Below are positions 22,623 through 32,172 of a DNA stretch of 46,086 nucleotides, in pieces. This DNA comes from Rhizaria sp. SCN 62-66. Its lineage: Eukaryota. Positions within the stretch are counted from its first letter, which is position 1. Every line of letters starts with the position of its first letter. The notes beneath the pieces are model-generated. The model was not told where the DNA came from, did no database searches, and saw only the letters and a list, made by a program, of their open reading frames with translations. The DNA is taken from contig MEDY01000053.1 in the NCBI GenBank assembly GCA_001724265.1, positions 62,001 through 108,086 of the forward strand, given 5' to 3'. A program made the translations under genes and the position numbers.

Positions 22623-25600
22623 ATGGATGAGGTACGACAAGATAGTAACCTCAAAACAACGCATCATCTCGGAAATATATGCCATGCTTGATAATTTTTC
22701 ACATGTGTTGCCTATTTGCCATTGACGTTGCCTTCCACAGCACCTGGCTGACTTTCGTCACGCGCCGCGGAGCAGCGAAGCGGAGCAAGAGCAGCAACAG
22801 CGCCAGCGGCCGCGCCAACGCGCGTTCCCATCCCTCTCCAGCCTACCCGGTCGCCGCTACACGCTGTTTACCGTTATTGGCATTCTGCTTGTGATCTGCG
22901 TTGTCATTTTTGTCGCCGCAGTGACGAACTGGTTCCCCTCGTCACTCTTCTCATCCGCCGCCGTCACGCCTCCCGCCCACTCGGCCCGCGCGCACAGCCA
23001 CGCCAGCGCGGGTAAGAGCTCCGGCGCGACATTCATGCGGATGCTACATGACTCTGCTCCGCCGCCGCAGCAGCAGGGCCCGTCTGGCCTCGGTCCCGAG
23101 TGCGTGCCGTCCGGCTTCACGTTCGGCGCCGCCACGGCCTCGTACCAGGTGCGTCTTACACAAACGCTCGACAATGAAGACGCGCGTTGACAATCATGTA
23201 TGCGCTCAAAACGCGTTAATGTTGAAGAGTCTTTGTTTGTATTGGCCGGCGCAATGTTATTTATTGTCATACTGCAACGCCATGTCTTGAAGTCTCACAT
23301 GTGTCTCTGCACTCGCTCGCTTCTCTTTTGTTTTCCCTCCTCTGTGTGTCGCTCTCAGATCGAGGGCTCCGTGGCCACGGATGGCCGCAGCGCGTCGATC
23401 TGGGACGCATTCGCGCGCGTGCCCGGGCGCATTGCGGACAACACGACGGGCGACGTGGCGGCTGACAGCTACCGCCAGTGGCGCAACGACATCTCCCTAC
23501 TGCGCGACATGCACGCCAAGAGCTACCGGTTCTCGGTCAGCTGGTCGCGCGTAATTAACAAGGACGGCTCGGTCAACGCGGCCGGCGTCAAGTACTATGA
23601 GGACCTTGTGCGCGGGCTCGTGTTGGCGGGGATCCGGCCGTTCGCGACGCTGTTCCACTGGGACCTGCCGCTGTTCTTCGACGTCGCGCGGGAAAACTAC
23701 CCCCAGATCTTCGACAACACCACTGCCGCCGCCGCCAGTGCCGCCGCCAACAGTGCCAGTGTTGTCAGTGCCAGCGCCGCCGCGCGGTGCGCCGGGCCAA
23801 CGTGCCGCGGGCCCAGCGAGCCCACGAAGCAGTGGGTGGTCGACTCGGCGGGCCCGGTGCATCTGGCGTCCCATCTCAACACCACGGCCACCGAGCCCGC
23901 CTTCGTGGGCGCCGCGGTTGGCGCGCTGCTGGCCGACCTCGAGCTGCCCACCCCGCGCGCCGCCGACGCCCCTGTCACGGTCCGCGGCTGGGCCGACCCT
24001 TCCCGCTGGCTAGCGCCGCTCTTCCTGCGCTACGCCGCGCTCATGTTCCGCGTCCTGTCCCCGCTCGGCGTGCGCGACTGGGCTACCTTCAACGAGCCGC
24101 ACTCGTTCTGCGTGCTCGGCTACGGGTCCGGCCAGCACGCGCCCGGGCGCTGCGCGGACCGCGCACGGTGTCCCGCCGGCAGCGGCGAGCGCGAGCAGTA
24201 CCAGTGCGGACACACGGTGCTCCTGGCCCACGCGTACGCCGCCAAACTCTACAAGGAACACTATGCCAGCGCAAGCGTAAGAGCGGGCGCAAGTGCAGTC
24301 CCAACCTCTGCCTATGCCTCTGCCTCAACCTCTGCCTCTGCGTCTGCCTCTGTCTCCGCCTCGGACTCTGCTCAGACTGACTGCCGCGGCAGCATCACCA
24401 TCGTGCTCAACAGCGACTTCATCTTCCCCGCCTCCTTGGCGCCGCTGCTGCACACGCGCACCGCGGCCAACCCGCTGCCGCTGCTGTCGCCCGCCGACGT
24501 GGCCGCCGCGCCCGCGCCCGAGCGCGCCGCGGCGGCCCGCGCGCTGGCCTTCTCGCTCGGCTGGTTTGCTGACCCGCTGTTCCGCGGCGGCCGCTACCCG
24601 CGCGCCATGCGCCGCGGGCTCCCGGCTGGCATGCTGCCCGCGTTTACAGCGGCGCAGCGCGCCGTGTTGCGCGACGCGGTGGCGGACGTGTTTGCAGTCA
24701 ACCACTACACTAGCCGGTACGCCAGACCGGCGCCCGGCTGCGAGGACGTGGACGACGGAGACGACGACGACGATGACGACGGCGACGATGATGATTATTA
24801 TGAAGACCATGGCGGCGATCTTTGCAGCCGTGACGACACGAGTGGGCGCTCGCGACAAAAGCCGCAGCGGTCGCTGCTGGGCCGTATTCTCGACAGCGTG
24901 ATGCCGTCTCGCCGCGACCGGGAAGTTAGGCCGCCCCGCGTCCCAGCCCGCGCCGCCGCGGAGCGCACGCCGCCCTCGTGCGCGACCGTGAGCGAGCTCG
25001 ACGACGCGGGGCGGCTCATCGGGCCGCAGGCCGATAGTCCGTGGCTGTACTCGGTGCCGGCTGGGTTGCCGCTGCTGATGCAGTGGATCACTGAGCGCTA
25101 CAGCGAGCCGTTTCACCGCCTGCATGCGCGCTTCAACAGCAAGATGAGTCCGGTTGCGACTTGTGTGCCGCATGTGCCGAGCGCTGCCGCGAGCGCTGCG
25201 AGCTCTGCAAGGGTTTTAAGTGCGGCGAGTGCGCGTAAGATCCCGATCGTGATTGCGGAGAGCGGGTGTGACGAGCCTGGCCGCAGCGCGCCCGACCTCC
25301 CGCTGCCGGTCTACTTGCACGACCCGTACCGCACGCAGTACATGCAGAACTACTCGCGCGCGCTTTTCGCAGGCGCGGGCGCGCTGCAGTATAACGTGCG
25401 CGCGCTTTACGCCTGGTCGCTCGTGGACAACTTCGAGTGGGCTGAGGGGCTGTCCAAGCGCTTCGGGCTGTACTACGTCAAGTACACCAAGACTAACACA
25501 AGCAGCGACGCCGCGGCGGGAGGCGACGGCTACACTGTGGAGCGGCTGCCGAAGGAGGCGGTCAAGTGGTACGGCGAGCTCGCCAGGGACCACACGCAGC

Positions 25601-25641
25601 TGTGGCCAGTGTGTCCCGCGCTGCGCAGTGGGACTGTGTGA
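22623..25641 (+). CDS. Glycoside hydrolase family 1 beta-glucosidase with N-terminal membrane anchor; exons 22623-22631, 22741-23148, 23359-25641 (true start uncertain, may lie further upstream)
   Basis: FTFGAATASYQ|IEGS across the intron, GDVAADSYRQW, YRFSVSWSR, ATLFHWDLP, acid/base TFNEP, VNHYT, nucleophile IVIAESG, WSLVDNFEWAEGLSKRFGLYYV. Hydrophobic run TLFTVIGILLVICVVIFVAAV (22861-22923). Stop TGA. Confidence 0.92.
22632..22740 (+). other. Spliceosomal intron (GH1 5' region), 109 nt
   Basis: GAG|GTACGA...ttccacag|CAC; AT-rich; joins MDE to HLADFRH in frame. Confidence 0.6.
23149..23358 (+). other. Spliceosomal intron (GH1), 210 nt
   Basis: CAG|GTGCGT...ctctcag|ATC; restores the conserved SYQ-IEG motif. 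Confidence 0.92.
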
Positions 25642-26015
25642 TTGCGGGGGTTGTTGTGTGCGTGTGCACAGACGATCAGCATCAGCGCCGAAGTGACTCA
25701 ATTGGTTTTATTCAAATGAAACAAAGTAACTCGAAGATGTCATGATAATTTAAAGTTCAAAATATGGCCACTACTATCTGAATCGAAATAAAAAAAGTGT
25801 ATTAACTTTCTGGAGGTAAATCGAACGACGTCTGACATTTTTTTGTGTTTTAATCTCACGAGAGAAAGCCAAGCTAACATCGACCGGCCCTCGTATGATC
25901 GCGACCACACACGGCCACAGGGTCACGCGCGCACTCACTCTCACTCAGTGCAGTGACCGGCGACTCATAGTCTCGCCGCCCCACAACCTCACTGATTCGC
26001 AGCCTCGACGCCGCC

Positions 26016-28369
26016 TCACTCGGCGTAGCGCTGCGCGAGCGCGACCATGGCGGCCAGGTCGCGGCACAGCTCCCGCGCGACCGGACTCGCCGCGGAGCGC
26101 GCCCAGATGCCCGCCAGGTCGAGGTCCAGGTCCCCGGCCAGCACGCAGGCTTGCCCGGAGCCCAGGCAGAGCTCGGCGGTGAGCGCCAGCGCGGCGGCCG
26201 CAACGGCGGCGTCGCGCTCCTCGTTGAGCAGCGCCACGGCCGCGATGAGCACTTCGCTCAGGGGCTCGCTCAGCGCCGTGGCCTCGGACTCCGCAGCGGC
26301 CAGCGGGGCCGCGGTGCGCGCGGCCGGGGCCGGCAGCGCCGCGCGGGCGAGCGCGTGCAGCAGCTCGGCCGCGGCAGCGCGCGCAGGCGCGTGCGGGTGC
26401 GCGCTCAGGCAGCGCGTGGCGGCCTCGAGCAGCGTCGGGTCGGCGGCCATGGTGGAGGATAGCGACGGCAGCTGCGCGGTGTGATGGCGTGATAGAGAGA
26501 TATTAAGCAAGGGGGAACACAGTAGATAAGATAGATCAATAGATAAGAGAGATCATATGAGAAACAAAACAGTGGTATAATAAGCAATGAAAAACAGCAA
26601 GTATCCATTGACATCGTCTGATAACAGTAAGATTGATCTCATATAGTCAAATGACGCATGAGTGCTTTGTTACGGTGTCTGGATCCGTGACGCGGGACGT
26701 ACGAGTGCAAAGTTGAGCAGCGTCTGCAGCGCGACAGTGACGACCTTGGGCCCCAGCGCCATGTCCGCGCCCGCGGCCGGGCTCGCTGCGCCCGCGGTCG
26801 CGGTTGCGGTTGCGGTCGCGGCGGAGGTCGCGGTGGTCACGAGCTCTGCAAGGCGGGCCACGGCGGGCAGCGGCCGCGGCAGGGCGGCCGCGGCGCCATC
26901 CGCGGCGGGGCTGGCCAGCACGGCGCTGCAAGGGGACGCGGAACATGAGAGAAAGATGAGAGTGATAGCGGGCGTGAGATAGTGCGATGCACAGTATGCA
27001 CCAATGCCAAAACGAAAACATGATCGTCATAAAGTCTTTACAAGACCAGATAACTTAAAGTAAATTGCTATTCATGGTCAGACTATAGACACAAAGAAAT
27101 CACACGTACCGCAGCACATTGAGTAAAGGGAACAGGGAGATACCATCCCACGTTGCCGCAGCCCTTAACGACACAAAGGAGCCAAAAATAAAACAAAGAC
27201 ACAAAGTGAGATAAAATTTCACAAACAACCACATCTAAAATGTGATAAAATCATGAAGTAACGTTGCGTTTGCCTCAGCCTACGCACCTCGCGAGCGGCG
27301 GGAGCGCGCCCTCGACGACGTCGACGGCCCAGTCCGCGAGCGGGACCTTGCCCAGCAGCAGCAGCAGCTCGGCCACTGCGGCGGCCTCGTCGCCCGCGAC
27401 CGCGCGCGCCGGGTCCGCCGCCACGGCCGGTTTGCGCAGGGAGGCCTTGACCAGCACGCCCATCGACGGCAGCACGCGCGCGTCCACCGAGGGGGCCGGC
27501 AGCGTCGCGGCGGCGCCCGCGGCGGCGGCGGGGCCGGCGCGGAGCAGGGCCAGCGCGCCGTGGGAGGAGGCGCCGGCGGGCAGGGATACGGCCGGCATCG
27601 TGGTAGCGGCAGCGGCGGGGGCAACAGTGACAGCGGCAGTGGCGGGGGCGACAGGGGAAGCGGCGGACGCTGCAGCAGCGGCGGGCGTGGAGTTAGCTGT
27701 GACGGCGTTGGGGTTTGTGACGCTGTCGAGGGGCACGGCGCCCGAGCCCGCGGCGGCGGCAACCATGGCCCGCTGCGCGGCCGAGCTAATGGGCGGCAGC
27801 AGCAGCGACGCGTGCGAGGAAGTCAGGCCGCTCTCCTGCCACGGAACGAGCCCGATCCCGCCGCCGCCGGCCTGGCTGGCGAACGAGTCGCGCATGCGGC
27901 CTTGCATGCCGGTGATCATGGGCGCCATCATCTGTCCAATCGGCGTGTTGAGCACCTCGGCGGGCAGCCCCGTGATGTGGGCCGGGATGTCGCGCCCGCC
28001 GAGGAGGTACTTCGCGCAGTCCGAGGAGAAGTTGTTGCAGTTGTGGGTGAAGAGGTCGTAGGTCTCCGGCGTGAAGCGGTGCGACTCTGCGCGCAGGAAC
28101 TCGTGGAAGGCCTCCTGCGAGAGCGCCGTAGAGCCCAGCGCAATCTTCTGCATGGGCTGCCCCGCAGCCGTCTGCCCGGGGCGGCCGGCCTGGATGCCGC
28201 CGCCGTAGTAATACTCGTAGCCGAAGACGACAAGGCCGGTGTGGTAGATGGCGTCGATGGTGCGGCCCAGGAACATCGGCGACAGCGAGCGCGCCATGCC
28301 CTGCGACAGGTCGTACACGTACAGGTACACGGGTTCGCCACCAGACGAGGACGGGATGAGGCTGGACAT
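26016..28369 (-). CDS. DESI1: PPPDE/DeSI-family cysteine isopeptidase with PUL-like C-terminal domain; exons 28369-27288, 27163-27110, 26925-26703, 26471-26016 (~604 aa)
   Basis: VYLYVYDLSQGMARSLS...IYHTGLVVFGYEYYYGGGI and YDLFTHNCNNFS (catalytic His and Cys). Three frame-preserving GT-AG introns. The 54-nt exon encodes ATWDGISLFPLLNVLR, resembling the PUL-domain W...FP.LD.LR motif. Stop TGA. Confidence 0.88.
26472..26702 (-). other. Spliceosomal intron 3 of the DESI1-like gene, 231 nt
   Basis: CTC|GTACGT...accgcgcag|CTG; phase 0; AT-rich. Confidence 0.8.
26926..27109 (-). other. Spliceosomal intron 2 of the DESI1-like gene, 184 nt
   Basis: CG|GTACGT...ccccttgcag|C; phase 2. Confidence 0.8.
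27164..27287 (-). other. Spliceosomal intron 1 of the DESI1-like gene, 124 nt
   Basis: AG|GTGCGT...gtcgttaag|G; phase 2; T-rich. Confidence 0.78.
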
Positions 28370-28780
28370 CTGTTTTGGTGTCTAGCGTGGATGAGAGCAA
28401 GGGATACGGAGGGTGATAAATGAGATGTTTGAAACGGGGCATCTGAACAAAGGGATATCTCAGAGCTAGCATCGATTTCGCACAATTAAAAGATGATATA
28501 AATGTAAAATGGTGTGTTATATATCTAAGTCTCGCGAAATCTTCACTTGTCGGATTTATAAGGAGATGACGTGCTGTAAAGATGTCGACTTCTGGAAGAA
28601 CGCCTGATGCAGCAACAAAATGTCATTTGTGGTTGAAATCACTTCGGCACGAATCCTGCCATAATACAACACACATGCAAAAAAAGCATGTGTGATAGAA
28701 AACAATAAAGATACTTGTGTATTTTGACTAGGTAACAAATTGTACAGCTATTACATTCTAGCGCGCTGTTTGTTTATGGT

Positions 28781-31267
28781 TCAGAACAAGTCCTCTGCCT
28801 TGACTGGCGGCGCAGCCCCGCTGCCGCATAGCCCGCCCGCGCCGCCCGCACCGCCCATGGCCTTGCCTTGCTTCTCCTGGCGCTCCTCGGCGACGGCGCG
28901 CTCCCTGCGGCGGACCTGCGCGGCGAGTGCGGGGTTCAGCAGCGGGTTGGAGCTGTGTGCTGTGCGGCTCTCCTCGGGCGGCAGCGACAGACGCTGCAAC
29001 TCGACCGCCCCGCGCGAGCGCAGCTTGAGCAGGTAGTGCATCGTGTCGGGCGCGGGGAACGTCGCGGCGAGCGCGTTGGGCCGCGGGAGGCGCGTGAAGA
29101 CGGCCATCCCGTCGAAGTCCCCGAAGGCCGACCCGCCCGCAGCCTCGGGCCGAGCTGCGGCGCAGAAGGACTGGACCGCCAGCGCCGTGTGACCGGCGCG
29201 GTGCGTAGCCGCCACGAGCGCGGGGCCGCCCGCCGCGGGCGCAGGGCCCGCGAGCCACACCACGGCGCGCGCGCGCGCGGCGAGGGCGCGGAGGTGGGCC
29301 GTGAAGCGCGCGTACTCGGCCGCGACCTGCGCCGGCGACAGCGGCACCGCAGTGTAGGTGGTGATCACTGTGATCACGGCGGCCGCAGTCGCCGTCGTGG
29401 GCAGGACGGTGACCGTGGGCGCATAGAGCACGGCGGGCCACTGCGAGGGGCAGGAGAGCTTGACCAGCACGCGGGCGACGCCGGGGGCGTTGGCGGCGAC
29501 CACGGCATCGACCACGGCCACAGGCGTAGGCGCAGAAGCAGTGCCGTCGCAACTACCGCTGTTGTTCTCGCCGTTGTTCTCACCGTCGTTCGTGCTCGCG
29601 GCGTTGCCGGTGCTGTACCCGGTGAAGGGCGCGTCCGCGGGCAGCGCTGCGGCGGCGACGAGCGCGCGCGCCGTCCGGGCCAGAACACTGCCGAAGTACG
29701 CGCGCAGCGGCATCACGGCCCGCTCCGCCGCGGGCGCCGCGCCGGGAGCCATAGTATCGATGCGGGGGGCGGGGGCCGCGGCAGTGGTCACGGAGACAGA
29801 GGCCAGCGCGCCCGCGATCAGCAGCGGCGCCCGGGACGCGCCAGGCGCCCCGCCAACACTCGCGGTTGCTGCGTTGCTGTTGCTGTTGTTGTTGTTCGTG
29901 CTTGCGCCAAGGTTGCCGCGCGCATCGAGGGGCCGCGCGTACTTGTCGTACCGCCAGGCCGCCTTGAGCCCCCCGCCGCTGCTTTCACCAGTAGCTCCAA
30001 AGCCAGCGCCAGCGCCAGTGCCAGCGTCAGTGCCGCGAGCGTTGTCGGCGGAGGGGGCGGCCACAGCAACCGCGCCCGGCAGCGCGTTGGCATAGGCGAG
30101 GCCTGCTGCGAGCTCGTCCTCCTCCTCTTCCGCCGCCGCTTCCTCGGCAATCGCGCTCGCAGCGACTGAGGTGGCGGTGTTGCGCGTCGTGCTGTCACTC
30201 TCGCCAGCAGCCTTGCCTCGCCCTGACCCTGGCTCTGTTTCCGTTTGCGGCTGCGGCTGCGTCTCCGTGGCGGCACTCTCCGGCTCCTCGTCCTCGTTCT
30301 CGTTCTCCCCATCCTCTTCCCCTTCCTCTGCAATGAGCCCGCCGTCGCCCATCTGACCCATCTTAGCCTGCATGCGGGCCGCAAACCGGCTCCGCGGCGC
30401 ACGCACATTGGCACTGCCGCTGACAGCAGCATTCGCAGCCGCAGCAGCCGCAGCGTCACCGCTGGCATTCTGAGAGCCGATGTTGTTCTTCGAGAGCACG
30501 ACGTCGCCGTCGTCGGTGACCACGGACACGGCGCCCGCCATCGCCCTCGCCCCGGCGCCCGCGGCCCCAGCGCCCGCAGTCATAGCAGCGGCGCTACAGC
30601 TGCTGCTGCCGTAGTCCGCATTGCGATGCGCGACGCCCGCCGCGCCCGCCACGAGCGCCGCCGCCGCGCCGGCCTGCGCGTCGAGCACGACGAGCGCCTG
30701 GCCGAGCCGCGCGCCCTCGCGCAGCCACGCGCGCGCCAGCGCCAGGTGCAGCGCCGAGCCCGGGTCGGGGGTAACCGCGAGCAGCGTGCTGAGCGGCAGG
30801 CCGCCCGACAGCAGCGCGTCGAGCGCGGCAGTGCCCGTGGCCGTGAGGTGCTGCGCCGAGACCCAGGGCCGCACGCCAGGCAGCGGCAGCTGCGCCGCGG
30901 GGGCCTGCTGCGCGGGCGTCGCGGACGCGGGGCCCGCTGCACTAGAGCCGGCGCCAGCGCTAGCGCCGAGAGCGAGCGCGAGCGCGGGGGCGGGCGCGAC
31001 GAGGGCGGCGGGGCGGTGCGCGCGGATGACCGAGGCGATCGACGAGCGCGTCGCGGGGCGCGAAGACAGCGCCGCGGTGCCCAGCACGCCCGTGTCCACC
31101 GCGGGCGCGCTCGGCGAGGCGTCGCTCGCCGTCGCGGTGGCGTCCGCGGTCGCCGAGGCCGCGGACGCGCTGGCTGCGGCGGGGGCGGCGGGGGCGGCGG
31201 GGGCGGCGGGGGCGGCGGGGGCGGCGGAGGGCCGCGTGAACTTCTTGTTCATGCGCACGAAAGACAT
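28781..31267 (-). CDS. ELP4: Elongator complex subunit 4 (RecA-like fold), ~828 aa with low-complexity insertions
   Basis: GVRPWVSAQHLTATGTAALDALLSGGLPLSTLLAV, the Elp4 hallmark LKAAWRY (L-K-I-A-W-R-Y type), and C-terminal LKLRSRGAVELQRLSLPPE plus CG...DLF. Start placed at ATG 31267 (MSFVR), where codon bias begins. Stop TGA. Confidence 0.85.
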   Translation of the reverse strand: MSFVRMNKKFTRPSAAPAAPAAPAAPAAPAAASASAASATADATATASDASPSAPAVDTGVLGTAALSSRPATRSSIASVIRAHRPAALVAPAPALALALGASAGAGSSAAGPASATPAQQAPAAQLPLPGVRPWVSAQHLTATGTAALDALLSGGLPLSTLLAVTPDPGSALHLALARAWLREGARLGQALVVLDAQAGAAAALVAGAAGVAHRNADYGSSSCSAAAMTAGAGAAGAGARAMAGAVSVVTDDGDVVLSKNNIGSQNASGDAAAAAAANAAVSGSANVRAPRSRFAARMQAKMGQMGDGGLIAEEGEEDGENENEDEEPESAATETQPQPQTETEPGSGRGKAAGESDSTTRNTATSVAASAIAEEAAAEEEEDELAAGLAYANALPGAVAVAAPSADNARGTDAGTGAGAGFGATGESSGGGLKAAWRYDKYARPLDARGNLGASTNNNNSNSNAATASVGGAPGASRAPLLIAGALASVSVTTAAAPAPRIDTMAPGAAPAAERAVMPLRAYFGSVLARTARALVAAAALPADAPFTGYSTGNAASTNDGENNGENNSGSCDGTASAPTPVAVVDAVVAANAPGVARVLVKLSCPSQWPAVLYAPTVTVLPTTATAAAVITVITTYTAVPLSPAQVAAEYARFTAHLRALAARARAVVWLAGPAPAAGGPALVAATHRAGHTALAVQSFCAAARPEAAGGSAFGDFDGMAVFTRLPRPNALAATFPAPDTMHYLLKLRSRGAVELQRLSLPPEESRTAHSSNPLLNPALAAQVRRRERAVAEERQEKQGKAMGGAGGAGGLCGSGAAPPVKAEDLF
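31176..31227 (+). repeat. 9-bp tandem repeat (GCGGCGGGG)x5+, encoding (APA)n near the ELP4 N-terminus
   Basis: Read directly; gives five GGGGG tracts separated by CGGC. Confidence 0.9.
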
Positions 31268-31791
31268 TGCGGGTGGAGAACAAAAACGCGGCAAGGTGGC
31301 GGCTTGGTGGTGTGTCTGGTGGCAGGGACCTTGCTTAGCAGAGAGTTTGCGAGCGTCTGTGGCGCAGGCGGGACGGATGCAGGAGGAGATCCGGCCACAC
31401 GACGCTGTTTGTGGTGGGGACGCTCTAGGGAAACTGTGGAGAATGGAATAAAGCATATCAGAAGATATAATAAAGCGAAATAGTGTAAGGTATCGCCGTG
31501 CCCCACAATTCAGTTTGCTGATTGCTATTGATCGACGAGGGGTAGAGCTAGAGATGAAATACGGATGGTTCTAAGTCGGTTGTTGAGGTTCCGTGTCGAG
31601 AAGCTCGGTGGCTCAAGAGAACTGCTGCGTCACGCAAATGAACAGAAACCTCATGAATGAATCCGACTGTTGCCTTTTGCACAACTGCCCATGTTATTTC
31701 TCTGCGATTTCTTTATTCTGTTTATTTTCCTCACTTCAAACTCTTATCCTACGTCTCTCCCCATCATAGTTTTTTCCTCGGCCAGCACCGC
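31268..31791. promoter_or_regulatory. Divergent (head-to-head) promoter/5'UTR region between ELP4 and KRI1
   Basis: About 520 nt of lower-GC sequence between two outward-facing start codons. No specific element recognised. Confidence 0.5.
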
Positions 31792-32136
31792 ATGAGCAGC
31801 CTGTCGAGCAAAAAGCCTTCCTCCGCGGCGGCCGCCAAGCCCGCGCCCGCGGCGGCCACGGCGCCGAAGAAGAAGATGTTCAAGGACTTCGAGAACGCGG
31901 ACACGAGCAGCAGCAGCAGCGACAGTGACAGCGACGACGAGAAGACGGCGGCCGCGAAGCTCAAGGCCAAGAAGAAGGCTGCCGCCGCCGCCGCCGCCGC
32001 CGCCGCCGAGACGGCCGCCGCGATCGCCGCCAACGCCAAGGCCAGCAAGGGCAAGAAGACCGACAGCAGCGCCGCCGCCACCAGCAGCAGCAGCAGCTCT
32101 AAGAAGAAGAAGAAGGCGATGCTCGACAGCGACAGC

Positions 32137-32172
<36 letters not shown>

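Noticed and set aside
23200-23358. N-terminus of the 813-aa GH1 ORF as given in the track
   Set aside because: It is intron sequence; splicing 23149-23358 restores the SYQ-IEG motif.
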